Assembly (NCBI GenBank): GCA_977020255.1
Contig: CDROCS010001089.1
Location: 310,001-374,000 of the forward strand
DNA length: 64,000 nucleotides
Direction of reading: 5' to 3'
Source: Obrimoposthia wandeli
Taxonomy: Eukaryota
Made by a program: the position numbers and the translations under genes. A model generated the notes under the pieces. That model saw only the letters and a list, made by a program, of their open reading frames with translations. It did not search any database and was not told where the DNA came from. Shown here in pieces: positions 28,156-38,872 of the stretch; position 1 is the stretch's first letter, and each line of letters starts with the position of its first letter.

Positions 28156-29645
28156 TATAGAGACTCCAAAAAGGTAATTAGCTGCTTGCGTTGTGCATCA
28201 CTCATATTAACCACTTTATCGCGGCTTGGCTGCGCTTCTCCGCCGTGCCATAAAATAGCTTCCAGCAAAGATTGAGCGCGTCCATCATGTAAAAATTCTG
28301 TTTTTTTAGAGACGACTTTAGTTAACCCAATGCCCCAAAGTGGTGCAGTGCGCCACTCATTGCCAGTCGCCTGAAATTCAGGCCTGTTATCTGCTAAATC
28401 AGGGCCCATGTCATGTAATAGCATATCAGTGTATGGCCAAATAAGCTGATTAGCTTGCTCTTTAGCCCCGTGGCTACTAGTTACAAACTTGCTTTGATGA
28501 CAACCGCCGCAGCCACTACGATTAAATAAAGCTTTACCCGCTAACACTTGTGGGCTTTTTACATCAGTTCTTTTAGGTACACTGATATTGCGCACAAAAA
28601 GCGCTAACATTTGTGACATTTGCGGAGCTACTTCAAGCCCCTGCAAATGCGCCGAACGCCCATCAGGCGCAGCTAAACAGTCAACTTGTGCTGCACTGCA
28701 ATCTCCTTGGTAAGCGTTGGGAAACAAGGTAGTAGACAACCCCATATCAGTCGCAAAGGCACCACTATTTTGCTGTGCTAAGCTTGGGTTTCCAGCTTTC
28801 CAGCCAAATCGGCCTAATACTACCGATTGTGTCGCCACTTGCCATACCCGATTAGCCCGCCCTGATATACCATCATTATTTTCATCATCAGGGTCTGCTA
28901 ATGCGAGAATATCGCGCTCTTCAATCGCTTCTAAAAGCCCTAAACCTAACATAGGATTGGCAATTCGCACTGATATTTTAGTACTAGGGTCTAGAGGCCC
29001 ATATTTTAAATCTGTAACACTATAGTCAGGCTTTCGCAGTATTACCTTAGCACCACCTTTAAGCTTTACCACCTGCTGACTATAGCTAACATTGATACGC
29101 CCTTCTGCTTCTAAACCTTGCATGGCAAAATCTTGTAGTTGGGTACCATAAGTCGGTTCTGCAATAACACCCACTTTACCCGAAGCCAGTAACGCTTTTT
29201 CAGCATCTGTTCGCGGCGGTATGCTTAAGCGCATCAACATAGAAATAGCGTTATCAGCAGGCCAGTTCCCCTTGGGAACATGCCCGCGCCCACCTCGAGT
29301 ATGACAACCTATACATGAGCGAGCATTATGCAACGGCCCTAAACCATCACTGGCCTGCGTAGAAGAGGGAGAAAAAACCCAAAGTTTAGAAAAAATGCTT
29401 TCGCCAACCTTAAAATCTAAGCGGTTTTCAAAGCTTAAGTTAGCAGAGGGTTGTAAAAACGACATCTTTCCAGTTCTGCTGCTACTACTGCTACCTGCTG
29501 ATAAGTGTTCATTTTTTTCGAAACGGCTAAAATCATTATTATGGGGTAATAATTGGGCACTCAATTGCGTACTAAGCGTTGCTAATGCAATCGTTAATAA
29601 CAAGGTGGTAAAAGTTAATAGTGCTGGTGATTTATAAGATTTCAA
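28155..29645 (-). CDS. Di-heme oxidoreductase family protein (DUF1111)
   Basis: Two CxxCH motifs (SCIGCH, GCGGCH), GLGLLEAI, GRFGWKA, PYTDMLLHDMG, WRTAPLWGIG, LHDGRA. Confidence 0.88.
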   Translation of the reverse strand: MKSYKSPALLTFTTLLLTIALATLSTQLSAQLLPHNNDFSRFEKNEHLSAGSSSSSRTGKMSFLQPSANLSFENRLDFKVGESIFSKLWVFSPSSTQASDGLGPLHNARSCIGCHTRGGRGHVPKGNWPADNAISMLMRLSIPPRTDAEKALLASGKVGVIAEPTYGTQLQDFAMQGLEAEGRINVSYSQQVVKLKGGAKVILRKPDYSVTDLKYGPLDPSTKISVRIANPMLGLGLLEAIEERDILALADPDDENNDGISGRANRVWQVATQSVVLGRFGWKAGNPSLAQQNSGAFATDMGLSTTLFPNAYQGDCSAAQVDCLAAPDGRSAHLQGLEVAPQMSQMLALFVRNISVPKRTDVKSPQVLAGKALFNRSGCGGCHQSKFVTSSHGAKEQANQLIWPYTDMLLHDMGPDLADNRPEFQATGNEWRTAPLWGIGLTKVVSKKTEFLHDGRAQSLLEAILWHGGEAQPSRDKVVNMSDAQRKQLITFLESL

Positions 29646-29754
29646 TAGTGTTTAACCACATAAAATAATAGAGGGATAAGTGTAGGTCTTTTTTAAAAGT
29701 GAGGTTCACTATGCATTACGATACGCCCAACAATCACTACAAAATAGAGTGTAG

Positions 29755-29794
29755 ATTGTAATAGTTATCAAGATTGCTATCGATAACCATTTCC
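29755..29794. promoter_or_regulatory. Putative Fur box(es) upstream of the di-heme protein gene
   Basis: Minus strand TGATAAC-T-ATTACAA resembles the 7-1-7 Fur motif; adjacent GATAACCATTTCC is a second partial match. Confidence 0.45.
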
Positions 29795-29921
29795 AACTTC
29801 ACTACTTTATTTGATTGATATCAACGCCTTTGTATTTCAGCCAGAGCGATATATCGTGCGTCCCAGCCATTTTCACTCATTGGCATCCATCCCTGTGCGC
29901 CTTAGCATTCATCCTGAATGT

Positions 29922-29954
29922 AAAAAAGCCTATGGATTTCTCGATAGGCTTTTT
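29922..29954 (-). terminator. Intrinsic terminator after the imelysin (IrpA/IcmP-like) gene
   Basis: Minus strand AAAAAGCCTATCGAGAAATCCATAGGCTTTTTT. Confidence 0.75.
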
Positions 29955-29978
29955 GAACTTCGATAAGTAACAGAGCGT

Positions 29979-31253
29979 TTAACCTGCTGAGATGCTCGAA
30001 GGATCATCTAAGCTGTCAGATCCTTCTAATTCTACTTTATCTAATTCTAATACATTGATAGCGGCTTCAATGCTCTTAGTTTGAGCGGTTAATGCATCTA
30101 CAACATCTTGTACAATTGCATTACCTGCCGTGTTACCCGACCCGATCAACACATCAAAGGTATTGCCTTTAGCCGCCTCATCAACCATTACTTGCATAGA
30201 ATCTTGAGTCGTATTTAATTCAGACATCAATTTAGCATCAACACCTTGTGCAGCTGCTGCCACTAATTTAGAAAGGCTAGGCCCTTTCAAAACAGTACCA
30301 TCTACACGGCGATATTCACCGGTGTATACGTTTTTGATACTTAGCGCATCATAATAATGTGAGTTATGAGTGTTATCAGAGAAGCAATCATGCTCTTCTT
30401 CAGGGTCGTGCACAATCAGACCAAGTTTGATACGCTCGCCCGCTAGCTCTCCGTAAGATAAGCTACCCATACCTGTTAGCATTGTAGCTAGACCGCCTTT
30501 TTCGCCTTTCGCAGCTAGTTCTTTACGTGCCGCACCGTTTGGCTGCCAGTTAGCTGTCATTTCTTCAAGGTCAGTGATTAATAACTCAGTTGCGGCAACT
30601 AAGTAGTCACCGCGACGATCGCAGTTACCGTTTGTGCAATCTGTAAGACTATAATCTGTTGCAGGTCTATTCCCAGCGCCTTTGTTAGTGCCGTTTAAAT
30701 CTTGGCCCCAAAGCAAAAACTCAATTGCGTGGTAGCCTGTTGCAACATTTGATTCAACTTCATCAATTTCTTGTAATGTTTCGCCAATTAACTGCGCAGT
30801 AATTTTAGAAGCATCTACTTTAACACCACCAATGTTTAGCATTGGATTAGCAATAACGTTAGCGGCATAGTAAGGGTTTTCATCTGAATCGTTGCCATAA
30901 TTTGCATCAACGTAATCGATAAGCCCTTCATCTAAAGGCCATGCATTTACTTTTCCTTCCCAGTCATCAACAATAGCATTGCCAAACCTATAAGCTTCTG
31001 ATTGTTGATAAGGTACGCGTGCAGCGACCCATGCTTGTCTTGCTGACTTCAACGTTTGCGCATTTGGCTTATCTAGAAAAGCGGCAATGTTAACTTGTAG
31101 GTTTTGCGCCGTTTTTAAAGAATCTTCAAATGTTGCCTGAGCAATATCACCATAGTGTTTAAGCACTTGTGATGCATTTGACGCTTGAGCACCCGTTGAT
31201 AAAGCTGCAAAACTTATCGCTGCGGATAGCGCGAATACCGGAAAAGATTTCAT
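29979..31253 (-). CDS. Imelysin family iron-regulated protein (IrpA/IcmP-like)
   Basis: Signal peptide, VNAWPLDEGLIDY, TGYHAIEFLLWGQDL (GxHxxE), GELAGER, EEEHDCFSDNTH. Confidence 0.9.
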   Translation of the reverse strand: MKSFPVFALSAAISFAALSTGAQASNASQVLKHYGDIAQATFEDSLKTAQNLQVNIAAFLDKPNAQTLKSARQAWVAARVPYQQSEAYRFGNAIVDDWEGKVNAWPLDEGLIDYVDANYGNDSDENPYYAANVIANPMLNIGGVKVDASKITAQLIGETLQEIDEVESNVATGYHAIEFLLWGQDLNGTNKGAGNRPATDYSLTDCTNGNCDRRGDYLVAATELLITDLEEMTANWQPNGAARKELAAKGEKGGLATMLTGMGSLSYGELAGERIKLGLIVHDPEEEHDCFSDNTHNSHYYDALSIKNVYTGEYRRVDGTVLKGPSLSKLVAAAAQGVDAKLMSELNTTQDSMQVMVDEAAKGNTFDVLIGSGNTAGNAIVQDVVDALTAQTKSIEAAINVLELDKVELEGSDSLDDPSSISAG

Positions 31254-31313
31254 TCATGGACTCCGTAAGTATCTATATTAAGACTGTTAGTTAGAAATAT
31301 GCTTTAAATCATA

Positions 31314-31332
31314 AATGATAATAAATCTTATT
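31314..31332. promoter_or_regulatory. Putative Fur box upstream of the imelysin cluster
   Basis: AATGATAATAAATCTTATT, 15/19 to AATGATAATCATTATCATT, about 60 nt upstream of the start. Confidence 0.65.
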
Positions 31333-31672
31333 ACAATAACGGAACAATTATTAATTGGCTTTGCATTCTTATTTTCTTTTATGCCTTTAGTGCTAGTAAC
31401 AAAAAATATAACTTTATAATGCAGATCTACAGCATTTTTACGTAATTAGCTGTATTTATGTATATAATCTGGGCTATTGCATAATGGCTATTTGTTTATA
31501 TTAATTTATTCTATAAAACTATTTCCTTATGCTGTTAATAACAAATAAACTCCTTTTAATGTAGTTGCTTAATAAGTGTAGTATTTACTAGAAGTTTTTA
31601 ATCTTTGGTCGAGCCGTAAACAATGCCCTTACTGATTAAAAGCCGCTTTTGCAAGCCACTCAAAGTAATTAA

Positions 31673-32176
<504 letters not shown>

Positions 32177-32268
32177 GTAGCCATAGAGCTGCTGCTTTTA
32201 AAAGAATCGAAGATAGCTGCCAGTGACAGTGAAGCTATCACTAATACTGAAATCCTTGCGAGCTATGA

Positions 32269-32523
<255 letters not shown>

Positions 32524-32536
32524 GTCACACGTTAGT

Positions 32537-32568
32537 AAGTAATCGCCAACTTTCTTTGGCGATTACTT
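32537..32568. terminator. Bidirectional terminator hairpin
   Basis: AAGTAATCGCCAA / TTGGCGATTACTT perfect inverted repeat between convergent genes. Confidence 0.65.
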
Positions 32569-33093
32569 TAGCTTTTTTTCATCCAGCATTTTGTAAAGAT
32601 CGAACTCTTGATCTAGTATTTCTCCAATCACGTTTTTATCGACAAGGTGATGCGCATATTGCATATGTAAACAGCGTACTTTATCCCATTGTGAAATCCC
32701 GCCAATACCATAGCGCTCAAACATTTTGTTGAAACCACGCTGCTCTATAAAAGCACTATCTTGTGCTGTCATTTCTTGGCGACGCTTATTAACATACTGC
32801 TGTTGATTAGCAAAAAACTGTTCTTTTAAGTTCTCATCATTAGCTATTCTTTGCTCTATGTCTTTCACCCAACCTGTTGTTTCAATAGAGCCTAGCGCTT
32901 TAGAAAGGTCCTTTGAACAAAGCCAATACAATGTGGGAAAGGGCTTCCCATCAACAATACTACGCATTTGAAGCACTAGTGGCACAGCGTTTTTTGCACG
33001 CGCGGCAATTTTCACAATCCCCTGCGGTTCCCGCCCAATTTGCTGACGAATAATGTCTTTATCCGAGTCTGATATCTGCAAAATAATCCTCAA
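32563..33093 (-). CDS. DUF501 family protein
   Basis: QIGREP, PFPTLYWL, GIGG, RCLHMQYAHHL motifs. Confidence 0.8.
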   Translation of the reverse strand: MRIILQISDSDKDIIRQQIGREPQGIVKIAARAKNAVPLVLQMRSIVDGKPFPTLYWLCSKDLSKALGSIETTGWVKDIEQRIANDENLKEQFFANQQQYVNKRRQEMTAQDSAFIEQRGFNKMFERYGIGGISQWDKVRCLHMQYAHHLVDKNVIGEILDQEFDLYKMLDEKKLK

Positions 33094-33120
33094 TAAGTTT
33101 ATTATTTATAGCATTTAAAA

Positions 33121-35214
33121 CTATACATGACCGTATTGTTCACCTGTTCCTAGCCAGCGCCTGGTTATCGCATTTACAATTTGTGAGTTAGCGCTAACTT
33201 GTTTTGCTAAATTTTGTACCTGTTCTAGCAAGTCGCCATCCCTTTCTAAAGAGGCTATTCTAAATTGCATCTCTCCGGTTTGCCTAGTGCCTAAAACTTC
33301 ACCTGGACCGCGAATCTGCAAATCTTTTTCAGCTATTATGAAACCGTCATTGGTCTCTCGCATTATTTGTAAACGCTGTTTACCAGTATAAGAAAGCGGC
33401 GCACGATACAGTAATAAACAATAACTCTCAACTGATCCCCTGCCAACTCTACCTCGTAATTGGTGTAATTGCGCTAAGCCTAATCTCTCGGGATTTTCAA
33501 TAATCATGACACTTGCATTAGGTACGTCAACACCCACTTCGATGACGGTTGTTGCAACTAACAAATCAAGCTGTGCAGCTTGTTCACTATTTCCCTTAAA
33601 CGCCTGCATGATGCTCACTTTTTCTTTAGACTTCATACGCCCATGAATTAAGCCGATACGCATATCAGGCAACTGTTCTTTTAACAATTGTGCCGTGACT
33701 TCTGCCGCTTGGCATTGTAGTACTTCTGATTCTTCAATTAATGTACAGACCCAATAGATTTGACGATTCTCTTCATTAGCTTTCCTAACTCTAGCGATAA
33801 CTTCATCACGCCTATGATCACCAATCACTACTGTTTGTACGGGTTTTCGCCCTGGTGGTAATTCATCAATAATCGAGCAATCTAAATCGGCATAGGCACT
33901 CATTGTTAATGTTCTTGGAATCGGTGTGGCTGTCATTATCAGTTGGTGAGGATAGCGTTCACCATCACGCCCTTTTTCCCTGAGGCTTAACCTTTGATGT
34001 ACTCCAAAACGGTGCTGTTCATCGATAACTGCCAGGCCTAAGTTATAAAAACGCACCTCTTCTTGAAAAAGTGCGTGAGTACCCACTATCACCTTTGTCT
34101 CACCACTGGCGTAACTTGCTAATTGCAGCTCACGTTTTTTTCCCTTTATTTTACCCGTCAGCATACCTACTTTGATGCCTAAGGGTTCAAACCAAGCTGT
34201 AAAGCTTAAAAAGTGCTGCTCTGCTAGTATTTCTGTAGGAGCCATAATTACCGCTTGATAATTATTCTCAACTGTTTGCAGTGCCGCCATTGCCGCGACC
34301 ACTGTTTTACCCGATCCCACATCTCCTTGCACTAAACGCAGCATTGGTAATGATTTAGTTAAATCCTCTGCTACTTGTGCAGCAACTCTTTGCTGAGCGC
34401 TAGTCAGTGTAAAAGGCAGTTGCTGTAGAAACTTTGTGGTTAAATGGGCGGGCGGGTTTAGCGAAAACCCGCCTTGTGCCTGTATCTTATTACGGATATT
34501 AAGCAGTGTTAAATGATGGGCTAGTAGCTCTTCAACCGCTAACCTGCGCTGCGCAGGATGCATCCCATTTGCCATCGCTTCTCTATCTGCTTCTGGTGGC
34601 GGTGCATGTAAATATATTAACGATGCAGACAATTGTGGAAGCGCCCATTGCTCTCTCAAATGCCTAGGTAAGAGCTCCGGTAATTCGCCGGTGTTTAACC
34701 ACACTAAAGCTTGTGCTATCAAGGCGCGCACCCTGTTTTGTTGTAAACCCTCAGTCATCGGATAGACAGGTGTTAAACATTGCTCTACTGGGGTATTAAA
34801 CTCTGCCTCTATTGCTTTGTATTCAGGATGGACCATCTCTAACCCATTTGGTCCAGGCCTAACTTCACCAAAGCAGCGTAAGGTTTTGCCTTTGCTCAAG
34901 TTATTTTTTTGCGCGGCACTAAAATGAAAAAACCGTAACGTCAAACTACCTGTACTATCTTGTACCTTACACAATAATGTTTTCTTTTTACCAAACTTAA
35001 TTTCTGCCATTAAGACATCAACTTCAATAACAGCTTCATCACCAATTCGCAGTGCATTAATGTTTTTTACATTGGTCCTGTCTTGATATCTAATCGGTAA
35101 ATGAAATAATAAATCTTGTAAATTATGAATCCCCAAGCGCCCTAGTTTAATCACCATCGCTGCCCCAACACCTTTAAGTACGCTTACATCTGGGATAGGC
35201 GCATTATCAACCAT
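33121..35214 (-). CDS. recG: ATP-dependent DNA helicase RecG
   Basis: QGDVGSGKT, DEQH, MTATPIPRT, HQLRGRVGRG, DGFIIAEKDL. Confidence 0.97.
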   Translation of the reverse strand: MVDNAPIPDVSVLKGVGAAMVIKLGRLGIHNLQDLLFHLPIRYQDRTNVKNINALRIGDEAVIEVDVLMAEIKFGKKKTLLCKVQDSTGSLTLRFFHFSAAQKNNLSKGKTLRCFGEVRPGPNGLEMVHPEYKAIEAEFNTPVEQCLTPVYPMTEGLQQNRVRALIAQALVWLNTGELPELLPRHLREQWALPQLSASLIYLHAPPPEADREAMANGMHPAQRRLAVEELLAHHLTLLNIRNKIQAQGGFSLNPPAHLTTKFLQQLPFTLTSAQQRVAAQVAEDLTKSLPMLRLVQGDVGSGKTVVAAMAALQTVENNYQAVIMAPTEILAEQHFLSFTAWFEPLGIKVGMLTGKIKGKKRELQLASYASGETKVIVGTHALFQEEVRFYNLGLAVIDEQHRFGVHQRLSLREKGRDGERYPHQLIMTATPIPRTLTMSAYADLDCSIIDELPPGRKPVQTVVIGDHRRDEVIARVRKANEENRQIYWVCTLIEESEVLQCQAAEVTAQLLKEQLPDMRIGLIHGRMKSKEKVSIMQAFKGNSEQAAQLDLLVATTVIEVGVDVPNASVMIIENPERLGLAQLHQLRGRVGRGSVESYCLLLYRAPLSYTGKQRLQIMRETNDGFIIAEKDLQIRGPGEVLGTRQTGEMQFRIASLERDGDLLEQVQNLAKQVSANSQIVNAITRRWLGTGEQYGHV

Positions 35215-36115
35215 TTTGAATACCTTTTATTGCTGGACAATTCAGCGCTTCAAGTAGTGAGTCTATCGCTTTGGTACGTGTAAAACTTGCTCTCCAAGCC
35301 AGTACAATGGTCCGCCCTGGCATAGGTTTTTTAAAAGGGATAACCTTCAAACCTTGTGAGTGTTGTTTTTGCACCGCACTACGTGGCATAACGCTACTAC
35401 CTAAACCTGATGCCACCATCATACGTATCGTTTCTAAGGAACTGCCTTGAGTCGTTTTTTGCTGTTGGTTTAATACTTGCTGCAAGGGCTGACAAGACTC
35501 AATAATTTGATCTCTAAAACAATGCCCTTCTCCCAACAGCAATAAATTGGTTTGCGTTAATGATGATGCAGCTATCTCGCCTTGGTCACACCATGGATGT
35601 TCTGGATGTAATAGCATTAAAAAGTCTTCGTGATACAAAGTTCTAGTGACCACATCTACTTCTTCAAAAGGCAGTGCCACAATGATAGCGTCTAACTCTC
35701 CCTCTAATAATTTTTCTCGCAGCTTTGAAGTGAAATTTTCTTCAATATACAGTGGCATTTGCCCAGCGATTTCCCGTAACTGATGCACTAATTTTGGAAA
35801 TAAATAAGGACCAACGGTATGTATAGCGCCTACTTTTAAAGGTGTATTTAACTGATCCTGATCATTAAGCGCTATCTCTTTGATGACTTCTGCTTGTTGT
35901 AAAGTGATTTTGGCTTGGGCAATAATTTTTTTGCCTACATCTGTAGTACTAACGCCATTTTTGCGGCGCTCAAAAATGGCGACCTTTAGCTCATCTTCTA
36001 ATTTCTTTATCGCCACTGACAACGTTGGCTGGCTGACGAAACACTGCTTTGCTGCACGCCCAAAATGTTCTGTCGCTGCTAATGTGATTATGTAGCGCAG
36101 TTCTGTCAATGTCAT
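35207..36115 (-). CDS. oxyR: Hydrogen peroxide-inducible regulator OxyR
   Basis: MTLTELRY HTH; LLGEGHCFRDQIIESC with both redox cysteines; upstream of recG as in Pseudomonas. Confidence 0.93.
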   Translation of the reverse strand: MTLTELRYIITLAATEHFGRAAKQCFVSQPTLSVAIKKLEDELKVAIFERRKNGVSTTDVGKKIIAQAKITLQQAEVIKEIALNDQDQLNTPLKVGAIHTVGPYLFPKLVHQLREIAGQMPLYIEENFTSKLREKLLEGELDAIIVALPFEEVDVVTRTLYHEDFLMLLHPEHPWCDQGEIAASSLTQTNLLLLGEGHCFRDQIIESCQPLQQVLNQQQKTTQGSSLETIRMMVASGLGSSVMPRSAVQKQHSQGLKVIPFKKPMPGRTIVLAWRASFTRTKAIDSLLEALNCPAIKGIQNG

Positions 36116-36253
36116 ATATAATTCCGATGCTTATATTTTTTAAATAGATATTGAAAATTATAGAACTGTTTACAGAACAATTTATCAATACTGCTAAGCT
36201 TGATATCACTATGCTTTAAATGCGTTTCTAACAAAAGGGAAAAAAGATATAGC

Positions 36254-37111
36254 ATGAAAAAATTTAGTATTTTAATAGCAGGATGTGGAGCGGTAGGCAC
36301 TGCAACTGGGATTTTGCTCGCTAAACATCATCAGGTTTATGGTTTGTGTCGTAATACTGGTTTGCTCCCTTGCCAAATAACACCGCTCACTGCCGATTTG
36401 AGCGACCCGACCACATTAACCAAACTACCCAGCATTGATATTATCATCTATTGCGCTGCACCGAGCAAACATAGCGCTACTAACATAATGCTTAATTATA
36501 CAGATACTTACTTAAATGGATTTGCCAATTTAATCAAGGCATTACCTAACCCAGCAAAGCATATTTTTTTCACCTCTAGTACTTCTGTATATGCTCAAGG
36601 AGATCATCAATGGGTTAACGAGCAATCTGCGACACTTCCTATCACTGATAAAGGCATCATTATGCGTGGAGCAGAGCAGCAAGTGCTCAATACCCAAAAG
36701 TCAGCCACTGTTGTTAGATTTAGCGGCATTTACGGAAAAAGCAGATTGCACTTATTTAACCAAGTGCTCAATGGCAAAGGTTTCACTGCTGAGCCCGTCC
36801 AATATAGCAATAGAATTCATCTAGATGATTGTGCAGGCGTTTTGTTCCACTTAATCAACAAACTTGCCAGTGACAACCAAATAGCTTCTTTATACTTAGC
36901 TTCTGATAATCTACCAAGCCCAATAAGTGAGGTTATGAGTTGGTTAGCAAAAATGAGTAATAGCACTGTAGAACTGCAAACAAGCAACCGATCGACGCTG
37001 AGTAAACGCTGTGATAACACGCTATTACGTGACAGTGGTTATCTTTTTTTGCATTCTGATTTTAAAAGTGGCTATAGAGAAGCTTTAGGGATCATCCGAT
37101 CAAGTCCCTAA
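36254..37111 (+). CDS. NAD-dependent epimerase/dehydratase (atypical SDR, YeeZ-like)
   Basis: IAGCGAVG, FTSSTSVY, RFSGIYG, NRIHLDD, KRCDNTLL; ATG 36254 preferred. Confidence 0.82.
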   Translation: MKKFSILIAGCGAVGTATGILLAKHHQVYGLCRNTGLLPCQITPLTADLSDPTTLTKLPSIDIIIYCAAPSKHSATNIMLNYTDTYLNGFANLIKALPNPAKHIFFTSSTSVYAQGDHQWVNEQSATLPITDKGIIMRGAEQQVLNTQKSATVVRFSGIYGKSRLHLFNQVLNGKGFTAEPVQYSNRIHLDDCAGVLFHLINKLASDNQIASLYLASDNLPSPISEVMSWLAKMSNSTVELQTSNRSTLSKRCDNTLLRDSGYLFLHSDFKSGYREALGIIRSSP

Positions 37112-37208
37112 CGCCCCTTGAGTTGATAGCTAAGGAGGTATCTCCTTTGTCAATACGCTTTAAGGATTCGTCATTCACTGCATATTTTTTCGCGAACCTA
37201 TCCCTTAA

Positions 37209-37217
37209 TTATCCACA
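37209..37217 (+). promoter_or_regulatory. Isolated DnaA box
   Basis: TTATCCACA, perfect consensus, intergenic. Confidence 0.35.
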
Positions 37218-37482
37218 GAGAAGGTTTAGGGAGTTAATCGCATGTTCCTTGCTGAATCATGCTCAAAAATAAGCGCAGCGTAACAGAAGCAACAACCGAC
37301 TAACTTTTACTTGTAATAGCTAGCAACTGCTTCATACATTTCAACATCCGACTTGCACTGCCCTATAGCTATTGTTCACTTTATGATTATCTATCTCAAG
37401 GCGAGTAATTTCCCTTACAACTACAAAAGCTTAGCAGATGCTGCTAAAATTGCTGGATATTAATTATTCTAAGGAAATACAG

Positions 37483-37605
37483 ATGTCTGGACACGACGAG
37501 AACTTTAAGGATTCAACGGGGTTAGGCTGGCTTATTATAGTCACAGTTGCATTTTTGTTTGTAACGATGCCGATTACAATTGGTGTTGTGAAGTACGTAT
37601 TGTAG
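37483..37605 (+). CDS. Small single-pass membrane protein, 40 aa (not in ORF track)
   Basis: AAGGA RBS 7 nt before ATG; MSGHDENFKDSTGLGWLIIVTVAFLFVTMPITIGVVKYVL; TAG TAA double stop; hairpin GCCTCTCT...AGAGAGGC downstream. Confidence 0.65.
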   Translation: MSGHDENFKDSTGLGWLIIVTVAFLFVTMPITIGVVKYVL

Positions 37606-37695
37606 TAACTATTTATCTCTTGTTATATCTAGCTACACAGCCTCTCTAACAACTGTGAAAGAGAGGCCTACTTAAGTCTAGCTCACTTTAATGGC

Positions 37696-38370
37696 TTAGC
37701 TTACACTCAACATTTGTACGCCACTTGTTGTTCCCATTAGCAGTACATCAGCATTGCGCTGTGCAAACAAGCCATTAGTTACCACGCCAACAATACTATT
37801 TATTTTAGACTCTAATGCTTTTGCATCGATGATATCTAGGTCTTCAACATCGATGATCACATTACCATTGTCGGTAATAACGCCTTGGCGATACACAGGT
37901 TGACCATTAAGCTTGGCTATCTCTCTCGCCACATAAGACCTTGCCATAGGAATAACTTCAACTGGTAATGCAAACGCGCCTAATCGAGTTACTTGCTTGG
38001 TATCATCGACTATACACACGAACTCTTTTGCCACTGCTGCCACTATTTTTTCACGTGTTAATGCCGCACCGCCACCTTTTATCAAATTAAGCTGGGGATC
38101 AAATTCGTCAGCACCGTCGACATATACAACCATTTCATTGATATCATTAAGCTCATAAACACTAATACCAATTTCTTGTAAGCGCCTTGCGGACTCTTCT
38201 GAGCTTGCAACGGCACCGTCAAACATATGCTTGATTGCAGCTAGCTCTTGAATAAAAAGATTCGCTGTTGAGCCCGTACCAACACCAATAATACTGTCTT
38301 TATCGAGCTTAGGTGTTATGTATTCAATTGCAGCTTTTGCTACTGCTAGCTTCATTTCATCTTGAGTCAT
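37696..38370 (-). CDS. rpiA: Ribose-5-phosphate isomerase A
   Basis: [23 protein letters not shown]. Confidence 0.97.
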   Translation of the reverse strand: MTQDEMKLAVAKAAIEYITPKLDKDSIIGVGTGSTANLFIQELAAIKHMFDGAVASSEESARRLQEIGISVYELNDINEMVVYVDGADEFDPQLNLIKGGGAALTREKIVAAVAKEFVCIVDDTKQVTRLGAFALPVEVIPMARSYVAREIAKLNGQPVYRQGVITDNGNVIIDVEDLDIIDAKALESKINSIVGVVTNGLFAQRNADVLLMGTTSGVQMLSVS

Positions 38371-38872
38371 AATAGATATCTTGTTAAATGCCTAATTTTT
38401 TTGTGAAAGTAATTATACCTTGAGAGCTCTGCATATGTATCAGTTTTCTGCTCAGTCTACTTGTTTTTCAGCAATGTCAAAATAAACCGCAAAAAACCTG
38501 TGATGATCACTATTTTTAACGATTACAGCGCTTCTGTTTCCTAATATTCGTGGTCATCGCTGTTTAACTAATGAAAGCCGTGTTTTACGCTAGCCCTTAG
38601 ATATTGTCCTTTCCAAGTCGTAATATTATTCATGATTGGCGAACAAATGCCCACCACCGCTTCGTGTGGCTGCTATTTTAGACTTGCTTGCTTTATCAAG
38701 CTCACAGGGCTGGTTATTGTGATGACCTTTTCTTTTTACTGGATCAAAATAATTCATCTAATTTCATACTCCGCCTATAGACGCACCAATCATCTACTTG
38801 TAGCATTGGATGCTTTGCCGCGCCTAAAGCTCTATGCGCAACCATCTTTTAACTGACAATAGACAAAATATT

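Noticed and set aside
38632-38856. 74-aa ORF between rpiA and ilvA, considered as a leader peptide or small gene
   Set aside because: No clear RBS, no Ile/Thr codon run or attenuator, and it overlaps the ilvA 5' region.
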